64,000 nucleotides of DNA. Source: Thecamonas trahens ATCC 50062. Taxonomy: Eukaryota > Protista > Apusomonadida. Where the stretch lies: positions 62,001 to 126,000 of the forward strand of contig NW_013657662.1 in assembly GCF_000142905.1 (NCBI RefSeq), given 5' to 3'. Of the stretch, positions 1-9,943 are shown one piece after another (within the stretch, counting starts at the first letter, position 1; each line of letters begins with the position of its first letter). Both the position numbers and the translations under genes were made by a program. Below the pieces are notes generated by a model that searched no databases, was not told the DNA's origin, and saw nothing but the letters and a program-made list of their open reading frames with translations.

Positions 1-339
1 GACAACCCGAACTGCGGCTTGTGCGGCGGTAAGTTTGAGAACCGCTGGGACGAGGACGAGGAGGAATGGCGCGCCATCGGTTCGTGCATCCTGCCCGGCC
101 GCCAGGGCCTCTTCCACCGCTCGTGCGTCGCCCAGGCCAACATCGGCTCCACCGTTGTTGTCCCGGCCGCCGGTAATAGCGCCGGCTCTGACTTTGTCAC
201 TCGCGTCGCCAAAGTCGACCTCTCCAACATGTTCTCGTCCGCGGCCTCGACCGCCACTCCTGCCGACACCCGCAAGCGCACCCGCGCGGCCGATGAGCCG
301 ACCGACCCGCGCAAGCGCGCAAAGCCACTTTCTTCGTAA
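1..339 (+). CDS. PCF11: 3' end of a Pcf11-like cleavage/polyadenylation and termination factor (C-terminal zinc finger); 5'-partial
   Basis: Frame 1 from base 1 reads DNPNCGLCGGKFENRWDEDEEEWRAIG...LFHRSC. This matches the Pcf11 C-terminal Zn-finger pattern CxxCxxxF..xW-DE-DE-EEW...HxxC. Confidence 0.7.
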   Translation, partial: DNPNCGLCGGKFENRWDEDEEEWRAIGSCILPGRQGLFHRSCVAQANIGSTVVVPAAGNSAGSDFVTRVAKVDLSNMFSSAASTATPADTRKRTRAADEPTDPRKRAKPLSS

Positions 340-345
340 ACTTGT

Positions 346-3300
346 TTACCCCAGCGTCAGCCGCAGATCGTTGTACCGCTTCTGCAGCTTCAGGTACCGC
401 TCCTCCATCTTCTTGCAGTCGATGACCGCCTCGTCGCGCTCAAACTTGTACTCGGCAAGCTTCATCTTGGCGTCCACGAGCGCTGCTTCGGCAGATTGCG
501 TCCTTGCAGACTCGGCAGCCAGCGACGACTGCGCCTCGCTCACGTCGCCACGCAGTCGGTCGAGCTCGGAGCACATGTCGGCCTTCTCGCGCGTCAGCTC
601 CGAAAGCACCGTCTCGAGCAGCGACCGCGCGTTCTCCAGCTCGGCCTTGGCTCCGGCCGCAGCCTTGTGCTCTTCTCGGAGCACCTCCAGCTTGGTCGTC
701 AGGTCGTCAAGCTCCATCCGCACTTCATCCAGCTCCTCGCTTGCCTTGACCTTGGCCGTGCTCGCCCGCTCTACATCGGCCTGAGTAGCGTCCAGCCGCG
801 TCTGTAGCGTCTCCAGCGATGCCGCAAGCGCAGACTTTTCGCCTTGCAGCAAGCCCATCGCCGTTGCAAGCTCCACCTTTTCGTCACGCTGGGCCTCGAG
901 CTGCATCTCCAGCCGGTCCACCGCGGCTTGCTTCGACGTCACTGACGAGCTCAGCGTCTCGTCCTGCGCAGAGAGTCGCGCCACCCGCATCTGCAGCTCG
1001 CTCAGCTCGCTCTGCGCCGCAGCTACCTGCGCCTTGCTCGCCTCCAGGTTGCGGACCTCTTCCTGCAGCGCGCGGACTTGTCCTGACAGCGACGCCGCCT
1101 CCTCCTCCAGCGCCGCAACCTTGGCCGTCGCTCTCTCGGCCGCGCCTTCAGCCTCCTCGCGCTGCCCCACGAGCTTGGCCAGATCGGCTTCGTTCTGCCG
1201 CTGCCGCTCCTCCGCCACCGCGCTCGCAGCCTGCAGCGTCGAGATCTGGCTCTCTGCCGCCGCCCGAGCCGATTCAACCGACGCCAGTGCCGACGAGCTG
1301 GCCGACTTTTGCTGCTCCAGCTGCGCCAGCTCGTCCTTGAGCCCCACGAGAGCCTCACGCGCTGCCGCCACCTCGGCCTGTGCCGCCACGGCCTCGGTGG
1401 TGGCAGCCTCGGCTGCCGCCCGCGCCGCTGCCTCGGCCGCCTCGGCTGCTTCGGCTACGCCGGCAGCCTGTGCCGCCGCCGCCTCGGCCTCTGCCAGCCT
1501 CGCTGCCGCCGCCTCCGACTCGGACACTGCCGCCACCCGCGCCGCCTTGGCCTCCGACGCCTCACTACGCGCACTCGCCGCCACCGCTGTTGCTGCCTCG
1601 GCTTCGGCCTGCGCCTCGTCGCGCGCCATTTCCGCTTGCGCGACCTCCTCGAGCAAGTCTTGTGACCGAGCCGTCAGGCTCTCCACCTTGGGCTCGAGCT
1701 TCTCAAGCGCCACCTGCGCCCGCTCGCTAGCCTCGGTCTTGGCCGCTACCTCGCACTCCAGCCGTCCTGCCTCGGCCTCCAACCGCGTCGCCTCCGTCTG
1801 GCCGGCCTCGATCTTGGCCTTGAGGTCGATAAGCGCCGCGAGGCCGATCGACCGCTGCGACTCGTGACGCGCTAACACGGCCTCGAGCTCAGCAACCTGG
1901 CTCGACAGCTCGGTGCTCTTCTGACGCACGCTAGCGAGCTCTGCTGTCTTGGCATCGAGCTCCGACGACGACGCTGCCAGCTTCAACTTGAGCTCCGCCA
2001 TCTGGCCAGTCATCTCGTCCTTGCGCTGCGAGAGGAGCGAGACCTCGGCGTTAAGCGTCGCCTTGTCGCCCGCGAGCGACGCCAGCAGCGCATGGAGATC
2101 AGCCTTGTCGTCGTCGAGCGCAGCAAGCTCGTCTTGCTTGGCCGCAACCGCCGCCGCCAGGCTCTCCTCGCGCTCAGCGAGAATCTCCAAGTTGGCCAGC
2201 GTCTTGGCCTCAGTCTCGGCGAGCGAACGGTGTGATTCGAGAATCGAGTCGTTGACCACAGAGAGCTCTAGCTTTTGCTTCTGGATGGTCGAGAGGCCCT
2301 CGGCAACCTGTGCCATGACCTCGCGGTGCGAGCGCTTGCTCGATGTGTTCCGTGGTGAGTTGGGGTTCGACGCTGTCGACAAAGGAGCCTCGGCGTCGGC
2401 CGTCGCGTCTAGGTCGACCGCTTCGGAGCCGACCGTCGAGTCGTCGTCGGTCGGCAGCGCATCGGCGACAGACGCTTGGCTGTTGTGCGCCCGCTCGAGC
2501 GCCGCGTTGGACGCACCCGACGAGCCAACTTCCGACGCCAGCGTCTCCAGCGCTGCCGTCACCTCGGCGTAGTTGGCCTGCAGCAGCTTGACCCGCTTCT
2601 TGAGCGCAGAGTTTTGCTTGACCAGCTTGTCCGAGTGCGCTTTCATCTGCAGCTTGGCCTTTTTCCACTTTTTCTTGACCTCGTTGACCCGCTCCGAGTC
2701 GTCGTTGAGCGCCTCGCGAGCAGCCTCCAGCTCGGCGAGGAGCGCGTTGTTAGCCAGCGAGAGCGAGGCGTTCTCCTCTTCAAACTCCTGCACCTGCCGC
2801 TCCAGCTCCTCCAGCGCCGCCGCCTGCTCTGCTGCCGCCTGCGCTGTGATCGACGACGCCCGCGGCCGACCGGCCGGTGCAGGCTCGGCCGGCCCGGGAG
2901 CAGGAGCCCCCACTACTCCGCTTTCGCTTGCCCCTGCCGGCGGCATCACTGCCGCATCCATCGACGCTGCCATCGACGCCACAAACTCGGCGCCGCCGCG
3001 GGCCTCCAGTTCGGACTCGAGCGCCGCAATGTACCCGCGGAGCTTGGCAATCGTCTTCTCGAGCTTGGAGATGTGGAGCTCCATCTCGGCCGGCGACCGC
3101 TTGGCGTTGACCGTGGCAACGTTTTTGATTTCCTTGGCTCGCTTGCCGAACCGCAGCGTCGACAGCGTCTCGGTTGCGTTGAACGACGATGGCGAACAGT
3201 TGATGATGAGCAGCGTGAGCGAGTTGCCGCCGAGCGACTCGGAGAGCACCCGGGTCAGCTTGGAGTCGCGGTACGGGATGTGCCGCGACTTGCCGTCGGT

Positions 3301-4140
3301 CAGCGCGTAGATGACCTTGCCCAGCGCCGTCAGAGACGTGTTGATGTTCTTGGCCTCGTCGAGCCGGTCGCCGGTTGCGTTCGTCTTCTTCACCTTTTCG
3401 GAACCGGCCAGATCAACCAGGTTGAGCTTGGCCGTCGTCTCGGACAAGTCCTTGAGGTTCTTGCCGCGGACCGTCATCTGGAACAGCGAGTGCGACCGCG
3501 AGGAGACCGCGTTCATGTCGGTCGATGAGACCTTGCGGTTCTCGCCGCCGGCGTCCATCACTGCCAGCACCTCGTCGGCGGTGTTGACCCGTCGCTCAGT
3601 GAGGCCCTGCACAAACACGCCACGGGCCTTGTTCTCGCGAATAGCTAGCTTGCCCTGTGTGGGATTGAGCAAGTCGCGCACCCGCTCGAGGTAAATCTCA
3701 AAGTAGGCCACCGAGACCTCGTACTCGTAGTTGACAGCGTTGCTGTCGATGCGGGAAAAGATCTCCCGCACAATCCGCGGAATAATGCCCATCATGGCCT
3801 CGTCCTTAGTATCAGGCCCCATCATGGTGTGGGTCTTGCCTGAGCTCGTCTGTCCGTAGGCAAAGATGGTGCCGTTGTAGCCAGCGAGCACATCGTCTAC
3901 AAGCTTGGAGGCACAGCCTTCAAAGACGGTCTTCTGGTCAGCCTGTGGCCCAAACACAGCATCAAACACAAACTCATGGTCGTCATGCACCACCCTCTTC
4001 CCGTTGTCATCCAGCACCATGACCTCCCGTCCGCCCTCGGCCACCTCGCGCGAGTTCTGAGGACGGAACCGGCACACCACCTTGACGCCCTTGCCTCCCT
4101 CCGGCCCGTCCGGTCCACTTGCGCCACTCCCGGAAGCCAT
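346..4140 (-). CDS. Kinesin-1 (conventional kinesin heavy chain)-like motor with a long coiled-coil tail, 1264 aa
   Basis: N-terminal motor domain: VVCRFRPQN, GYNGTIFAYGQTSSGKTHTM, SSRSH, LVDLAGSEKV, HIPYRDSKLTR, LGGNS and CSPSSFN, all typical of kinesin-1. About 900 aa of heptad-rich coiled coil follow. Confidence 0.9.
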   Translation of the reverse strand: MASGSGASGPDGPEGGKGVKVVCRFRPQNSREVAEGGREVMVLDDNGKRVVHDDHEFVFDAVFGPQADQKTVFEGCASKLVDDVLAGYNGTIFAYGQTSSGKTHTMMGPDTKDEAMMGIIPRIVREIFSRIDSNAVNYEYEVSVAYFEIYLERVRDLLNPTQGKLAIRENKARGVFVQGLTERRVNTADEVLAVMDAGGENRKVSSTDMNAVSSRSHSLFQMTVRGKNLKDLSETTAKLNLVDLAGSEKVKKTNATGDRLDEAKNINTSLTALGKVIYALTDGKSRHIPYRDSKLTRVLSESLGGNSLTLLIINCSPSSFNATETLSTLRFGKRAKEIKNVATVNAKRSPAEMELHISKLEKTIAKLRGYIAALESELEARGGAEFVASMAASMDAAVMPPAGASESGVVGAPAPGPAEPAPAGRPRASSITAQAAAEQAAALEELERQVQEFEEENASLSLANNALLAELEAAREALNDDSERVNEVKKKWKKAKLQMKAHSDKLVKQNSALKKRVKLLQANYAEVTAALETLASEVGSSGASNAALERAHNSQASVADALPTDDDSTVGSEAVDLDATADAEAPLSTASNPNSPRNTSSKRSHREVMAQVAEGLSTIQKQKLELSVVNDSILESHRSLAETEAKTLANLEILAEREESLAAAVAAKQDELAALDDDKADLHALLASLAGDKATLNAEVSLLSQRKDEMTGQMAELKLKLAASSSELDAKTAELASVRQKSTELSSQVAELEAVLARHESQRSIGLAALIDLKAKIEAGQTEATRLEAEAGRLECEVAAKTEASERAQVALEKLEPKVESLTARSQDLLEEVAQAEMARDEAQAEAEAATAVAASARSEASEAKAARVAAVSESEAAAARLAEAEAAAAQAAGVAEAAEAAEAAARAAAEAATTEAVAAQAEVAAAREALVGLKDELAQLEQQKSASSSALASVESARAAAESQISTLQAASAVAEERQRQNEADLAKLVGQREEAEGAAERATAKVAALEEEAASLSGQVRALQEEVRNLEASKAQVAAAQSELSELQMRVARLSAQDETLSSSVTSKQAAVDRLEMQLEAQRDEKVELATAMGLLQGEKSALAASLETLQTRLDATQADVERASTAKVKASEELDEVRMELDDLTTKLEVLREEHKAAAGAKAELENARSLLETVLSELTREKADMCSELDRLRGDVSEAQSSLAAESARTQSAEAALVDAKMKLAEYKFERDEAVIDCKKMEERYLKLQKRYNDLRLTLG

Positions 4141-4163
4141 GCTTATCCCTTCAAACTACCAAG

Positions 4164-4198
<35 letters not shown>

Positions 4199-4199
4199 G
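4164..4199. repeat. Compound (CT)n(CA)n microsatellite upstream of the kinesin start
   Basis: ctctctc...cacacac seen directly. Confidence 0.9.
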
Positions 4200-5079
4200 C
4201 GCCTTTGCTCGGTGCCTCGGCCAGGCGTCACGTGTGGCCTGCCGTCGTCTTGCGAACCCCGCTCGCTTCTGGTCCGAGGGCTGGAGAACGGGGAGGAGGG
4301 TACGCCGAGCCCTCGCTCGCCCTGTCGCCTTCCACGACTCAACGGTCTTTGAAACAAACGAACGCATGAGCGTTGAATCAATTTGCTCCACCGTGGTTTC
4401 TATGACAGTATGGACAACCAACCACCCAATGAATGCCACTGCAGCCAGAGTTGAGTAATTGACGTTTTGCCTTGTTCTCCCGCTCTACCACCATCGATGC
4501 CTTGGAAACCAGTCTAGTATCTAGATACGTGCTCACGCTTGATGTCACACTCTTGCCCGCTTGCCATCTTGCCTCTAACCCTCCTCAGCGCAGTGTCATG
4601 CCGAGCTTCCGCTGTGTCTTCTCAAAAATACGGCAGGCTGCCGTGCCTCTCATCAAGCCACTACCTCTGGCGCTCTCATCACTCCCCGCCACCATCCCAC
4701 CACGGCAGTGCAATCCTACACCAGCTAACCACTCTCCGTACTCTGCATGCTCTCCGGTCACGTCATAGTCTCTATATCTTGCAAACGCATGTTCGGTATC
4801 CTCTAGTGCGACCGCTACCGGAAAAAAACTTGTCGAACGCGCGCGAGGACAGAGCAGCACCCACCTCGCGTAGCACCCACGCAGAGACAAGGCCATCTCG
4901 ACGGGTAGAACCTGACCACACCGCTCTTCAGCCACTATCAGTATCTGCGCCAGGCAGAGAGTAGGCTTATTTTCCTGTAGACTAGCTGCTGAGGTTCAGG
5001 TCTCCGGCTTTGTCCCCGGCTCGCTCAGCTTTGCCTGTCGCTCCCGGCAGCAGCGCTCACGAGAGGGACTGTGCTGACC

Positions 5080-8000
5080 ATGGCGCGTCGCAAAAGAAAG
5101 GGCAACAAGCCGCCACCGCCTCCGGCGCACCTGGCGTGGGCAGACAGCCTTGATAGACCAGACCAAGTAAGCCAGGAGCATGTCGACACGGCGTACGGGC
5201 TCGCCGTCGAGCCGGTCTGCCCCGACGCGAGCGGGAAGAACAGGGCACACTCAGCGTACTGCCTCCACGGGTGGGCCAAGCGCGGCAAGGGTGTGTGGGC
5301 GACCCGGCCGAGTATTCTGAGCGGTTTCAAGGACAATCCCGAGGAGTTGCTGCGGATCCCGCCGCCTCCGCCGCCTCACGAGCGGTTCGAATGGGTCGGC
5401 AACACGAGCAGGCGGCCTTACAAGATCGGCAAATGCATGGTCGGTCTCGCCAACCTCGGCGCCACTTGCTACATGAACTCGCTCCTGCAGACGCTGTACA
5501 TGGATGTGCCGTTCCGGGCTGCAGTCTATGCCTTTGATCCTGCGTGCGTGGCTCAGACCATCCCGCCCGGACAGACCTCGGTCGTTCACGAGCTGCAGCG
5601 GGTCTTTGCCTACCTCGAGCTCTCTCAAAAGACGGTCTACGTTCCGCAGCAACTGGTTTCTGCTCTTGGCTTGGACACCACCGAGCAGCAGGATGCACAA
5701 GAGTTCTACAAACTCTTTCTCAGCGCCATCGAGACCGAGATGCGCCAGTCGGACGACCCGCATGTGGCGAGCGCGGTGGGTCGCACCTTCCGTGGCAAGC
5801 TCTCATACGTCACCACCTGTCAGTCTTGCAAGCACGCGAGTCGACGCAGTGAGCCGTTCTACGAGCTCGATCTCAACTTTCGGTCGGCATCGGACAAGCT
5901 GGCCACGCTGGAGAACCTCATCACCGACTACGTCACGCCTGAGGTCATGGATGGTGACAACAAGGTCTTCTGCTCAAAGTGTGAAGGCAAGCATGCTGCC
6001 ACCAGAGCCATCGAGCTCGAGGAGCTTCCGTCATCACTGGTCGTCCAGGTCAAGCGCTTCACCTATGACATGGTCACCTTCCAGAAGAAGAAGATCCACA
6101 CCAACATTTCGTACCCGCAGTCGCTCAACCCTGGCCGCCTCGTCCCAAACGCCGACTTCCCCGCTCACGAATACCGGGTGTGGGCCATCCTCGAGCACGC
6201 TGGTGCCACTACTTCGGCTGGCCACTACATTGCCTTTCTTCGCGAGCCAATCAACCAGTACTGGTACCGTTTCAACGACGAGGAGGTCCGCTGCGACATG
6301 AACTTTGACGATCCGCTTGACGCAGGTGCCGATGCGCTTGTCGCCGGCACCGACACCGCCACCGAGACAAAATCCAAGTCCAAGTCCAAGTCCAAGTCCA
6401 AGCCCAAGCCCAAGCCCAAATCAGCCGCCAAGTCCAAACCAGCTGCCAAACTCAAGTCGGCCGCCAAGTCCAAGGCTGCTGCTACCGCCAAGGCCAAGCC
6501 CAAGGCCAAGCCCAAGGCCAAGGCCAAGGCGCCCGCCACTGAGGCGGGTAAGAAGCGTGGACGGACCACCTCGAGATCTCGCCGTCGGACCAAGACGGCC
6601 AAGGCTCTTGACGGTTCGCGCCGCGCGTCGTCCTCTGGCGTGTGCGACATGATCGAGGAGCAGCAAGAGGAGGAGGAGATCGGCTCCGATGCGGTCGAGT
6701 CCACGTCGAGCTCGCGGCCGAGCCGCATCCGCCGCTCGCGCCGTACAGCGGCCGCCAAAGCCAGGTCCGGCACTGCCGACAGCAAGCACCAGATGATGTC
6801 TGTCACAGACATCAACAAGGAAATTGTCGAGAGTCAGAAGGCTGTCGGCCGGTCAGCAATTGTCAACCAAGCCCCCACGCTCGAGGAGAACACTTTGTCG
6901 CGCAGGTCCTCTCGCCGCAAGCGGAAGCGCAGCCCATCACCCAAGTCACCTGGCCCTGTGCCTGATGTCAAGCCGAAGTCCAAGAGAGTGGCCAATACCA
7001 AGACCAAGCCCACCGCCAAGGCGGGCAAGGCCAAGGCGACCAAGGCCAAGGCGACCAAGGCCAAGGCGGCCAAGGCCAAGGCGGCCAAGGCCAAGGCGAC
7101 CAAGGCCAAGGCGACCAAGGCCAAGGCGACCAAGGTTAAGCGGGAGCCAAAGATTGTCAAGCCGGCCGTGCCGCCAGCAGCGAGCGTGGACCCGCTCGTT
7201 GACGCCCACGGCTCATCGCTAGAGCGATGGGAGTCGAAGAACGCGTACATGTTTGTGTACTCGAGGCACCGCGACGAACCGCTGCCAGAGTACACAGTTC
7301 CGCAGGCGCTGCGCGAAGAGGTCGAGGCCGAAAACACCAAGCTGCTGGCCAGGATCTATGAGTTCAAGTCCAAAGTGCAGGCTGCGCAGGAGCAGGTCGA
7401 CACCGAACGTGCGCGATACACCAGCCTTATGGAGCGCAACCGCGAAGCGCTCAAGACCGATCCCCGCAACGTTCGCTGGCTGCCAGTCGCCTGGCTCCGT
7501 TCGTGGGCACTCGGCAACCGCCCGCCGCTCGTCGCAGAGCCAGAGCTGCTGTGCAAGCACGGCTGCATCGACCCGCAGGAGGCGCCCAACCTCAAGGTTG
7601 TCCACGCCTCGGTCTACCACGAAATGGTCGAGCTGTACGCCGACAGCGCTTCTCCACAATTTCCGGAGCTCAACCTCACGTCATGCTGCATCGAGTGCCT
7701 TCGCAGCTACGTCAGCCATCGAAAGTCGCTGCGCGACGACATCGCCCATCGCGCCGCAGTTCTCACGCGCATCGACAACGGCGAGCTCAACGGCGACGAC
7801 GACGCGGGTGTCTACATCGACAAGAAGTTCCTTACCCGCTTCAGACGGTCGACCACGTCGACCACCTATGGATCCGGCGACATCAACGAGAAGATCATGT
7901 GCGAGCATGGCAAGCTGACCCCTTCAGGTGCTGTTGCCGTCAAGGTCGGCTCGGACGACTTTGACTTTATGTGCCAGTATGCCGGCGTGACTGGCACCAA

Positions 8001-9036
8001 GCTGACTGGCGACGCCATTCCTTGCGCCATCTGTGCGGAGAAGTACGAGACCAAGAAGAGCAAGCGCTCCGCGCTTGCTAGCCAGCTCAAGGAGGAGCGG
8101 ATCCTCGCTCGCAGCTTCCTGGAGCGGCGTACCGTGGCGCCCAAAGAGGCTAGCGACGGCTGGTACTTTGCCATCCCGGAGGACTTTGTCCATGACTGGC
8201 GCGAATATGTCAAGCATGCGCTCGACGGCGACGTGGAGCGTCCAAAGGCCATCGACACCGCGCCACTGCGGTGCGAGCACGGTAAGCTCCTTTACCACTT
8301 TTCCAGGAACGACCTTCGCGAGAGCCGCCACATCAACGTCTTTGATCTCATGGCCGAGTCCAAGTGGTCATTGTTCGTCACCAAGTACCCATGCGAGGCG
8401 CCGGTCCGTCTCTGCCTCGCTGCTGCAGAAAACACGGGTGACTTGGAGCTGGTCTACAGTCCTGAGCCATGCAGCCAAGGATGTGTCGAGGCACAGCTCG
8501 AGCGCGATAGGCAGGAGGATGCTGACGATACGTCCGAGATCTTTGTGCGTCTTGTTGGGCCTGGCGAGAACTGGTGCGACATCGACGTCGAAGAAGAGCG
8601 CAAGCGGATCTTGCCCAAGACCACCGCCTCTGGCCGGGTCCGCCGGACCCGTCAGCAGACCAACCCGATCCGTCGGTTCGACTTTCACCCGGAGCTCACG
8701 GTTGGCGAGCTCAAGTACGACATCTTCAGGAAGTTCAACGTGAGCGATACCAAGCAAGTCCTGTTCTTCAACAATGACTCGCTCGAGGACAACGAGAAGC
8801 CGCTCATCGACTGTGGCGTCGCCGCCAACAATGTCATCATCTGCCAGACGAGCAGCCAGCCTGACGACGACGATGTTGCGCAGGCCATCGAAAAGAAGGC
8901 TGCCACCGTGCCCGAGACCGGATTTGCCGGTTCGCGCCTGGTCTCCTCGTTTGCGCCGCGCCTCTCTGCGACCGAAGAGCCCGTGGTCGACCTTGTCGAC
9001 GACGACGACGACGACAACAACAACAACAACAAGTAG
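5080..9036 (+). CDS. USP48: Ubiquitin carboxyl-terminal hydrolase, USP48/UBP26-like (USP domain, DUSP-like repeats, C-terminal ubiquitin-like domain)
   Basis: Cys box GLANLGATCYMNSLLQ, QQDAQEF, His box HAGATTSAGHYIA...WYRFNDEEV and NAYMFVY. Three CxHG DUSP-type segments, a Ubl-like region and a terminal ETGFAGSRL motif typical of USP48/UBP26. Confidence 0.85.
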   Translation: MARRKRKGNKPPPPPAHLAWADSLDRPDQVSQEHVDTAYGLAVEPVCPDASGKNRAHSAYCLHGWAKRGKGVWATRPSILSGFKDNPEELLRIPPPPPPHERFEWVGNTSRRPYKIGKCMVGLANLGATCYMNSLLQTLYMDVPFRAAVYAFDPACVAQTIPPGQTSVVHELQRVFAYLELSQKTVYVPQQLVSALGLDTTEQQDAQEFYKLFLSAIETEMRQSDDPHVASAVGRTFRGKLSYVTTCQSCKHASRRSEPFYELDLNFRSASDKLATLENLITDYVTPEVMDGDNKVFCSKCEGKHAATRAIELEELPSSLVVQVKRFTYDMVTFQKKKIHTNISYPQSLNPGRLVPNADFPAHEYRVWAILEHAGATTSAGHYIAFLREPINQYWYRFNDEEVRCDMNFDDPLDAGADALVAGTDTATETKSKSKSKSKSKPKPKPKSAAKSKPAAKLKSAAKSKAAATAKAKPKAKPKAKAKAPATEAGKKRGRTTSRSRRRTKTAKALDGSRRASSSGVCDMIEEQQEEEEIGSDAVESTSSSRPSRIRRSRRTAAAKARSGTADSKHQMMSVTDINKEIVESQKAVGRSAIVNQAPTLEENTLSRRSSRRKRKRSPSPKSPGPVPDVKPKSKRVANTKTKPTAKAGKAKATKAKATKAKAAKAKAAKAKATKAKATKAKATKVKREPKIVKPAVPPAASVDPLVDAHGSSLERWESKNAYMFVYSRHRDEPLPEYTVPQALREEVEAENTKLLARIYEFKSKVQAAQEQVDTERARYTSLMERNREALKTDPRNVRWLPVAWLRSWALGNRPPLVAEPELLCKHGCIDPQEAPNLKVVHASVYHEMVELYADSASPQFPELNLTSCCIECLRSYVSHRKSLRDDIAHRAAVLTRIDNGELNGDDDAGVYIDKKFLTRFRRSTTSTTYGSGDINEKIMCEHGKLTPSGAVAVKVGSDDFDFMCQYAGVTGTKLTGDAIPCAICAEKYETKKSKRSALASQLKEERILARSFLERRTVAPKEASDGWYFAIPEDFVHDWREYVKHALDGDVERPKAIDTAPLRCEHGKLLYHFSRNDLRESRHINVFDLMAESKWSLFVTKYPCEAPVRLCLAAAENTGDLELVYSPEPCSQGCVEAQLERDRQEDADDTSEIFVRLVGPGENWCDIDVEEERKRILPKTTASGRVRRTRQQTNPIRRFDFHPELTVGELKYDIFRKFNVSDTKQVLFFNNDSLEDNEKPLIDCGVAANNVIICQTSSQPDDDDVAQAIEKKAATVPETGFAGSRLVSSFAPRLSATEEPVVDLVDDDDDDNNNNNK

Positions 9037-9054
9037 CTCCCATAAGACTTTGCC

Positions 9055-9695
9055 TCACGCCTGCTCGCCACCCGAAGCCGCTAGCGTCGGAAAAGGATTA
9101 AAGCCGTACTCGAGCGCCCGCATCTCCTCGGCAGAGAGGCCCTTGTTCTCTGGCAGCGCCGACTGCGAGACAAAGACAAGCTTGCGCTTGCCGGTCGAGA
9201 CCTTGCGCGACGGCAAGTGCTCCGGCGCCACTGCCAGCTCGTCCAGGGTCAGAGCAACCAGCGATCTGCTTGCTCCCGCCCCCCCAGCCGTTGCATTCTC
9301 TTGCAGTCTCGCAAGATAGGCCTTGACAATCGAGGCAAAGACAGCAACATCGTGCTTCCCCCGTCCGCCGCATCACCAGCTATCGCCGCCGCCACCGCTG
9401 CCTCCACCGCTAGTGCGAGGCACATGCGATCGGCCCGGACATCATCCACAGCAAACACATCCAGCATATCGTTATCGTTCTTCCCGTTGCCACCATCAGC
9501 TCCATCATCAGCATCGTTCAAACTCTCCAGTTCAATGGCCTCATCCCAAACACACGCCGCACCCAGCACTGCCGTCCGCACGCACATCACCTCTTCCTCT
9601 GACAGCAGACCAGTCTTCCCCGCCTTAGTAGCCAGCCCCAGACCAACCGCAGCTCGCCGCGCACCCTCTTCCCGTCGCCCGTCTGTGGCAGACAT
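9055..9695 (-). CDS. Hypothetical ~210-aa protein with a C-terminal GLEBS-like (Rae1/Bub3-binding) motif; one frameshift at 9358-9362; may extend 5' across the gap
   Basis: The upstream frame (MSATDGRREEG...AIAGDAADG) joins the downstream frame (GKHDVAVFASIVKAYLARLQ...FVSQSALPENKGLSAEEMRALEYGFNPF...GEQA*) if one G is added to a G5 run. Confidence 0.5.
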
Positions 9696-9765
9696 GTCAC
9701 TCTGTGTCCTGATACCGTCACAATGAGAGGCGTGCAAGCGACCTCGGTCCTGTCGTCCCCCCCCC

Positions 9766-9865
9766 NNNNNNNNNNNNNNNNNNNNNNNNNNNNNNNNNNN
9801 NNNNNNNNNNNNNNNNNNNNNNNNNNNNNNNNNNNNNNNNNNNNNNNNNNNNNNNNNNNNNNNNN
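9766..9865. other. Assembly gap (100 N) flanked by poly-C
   Basis: Run of N. Confidence 1.
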
Positions 9866-9943
9866 CCCCCCTCCCCCCTCCCCCCCCTCCCCCCTCCCCC
9901 CCACCCCACGCACTCACCTACCGCTCTCCATCTACACCCCACA

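Noticed and set aside
4141-5079. Short ORFs, an 8-bp stem (CGAGGGCT/AGCCCTCG) and a 12-bp palindrome in the kinesin/USP48 divergent region
   Set aside because: There is no coding bias or recognisable RNA motif, and features this short are expected by chance.
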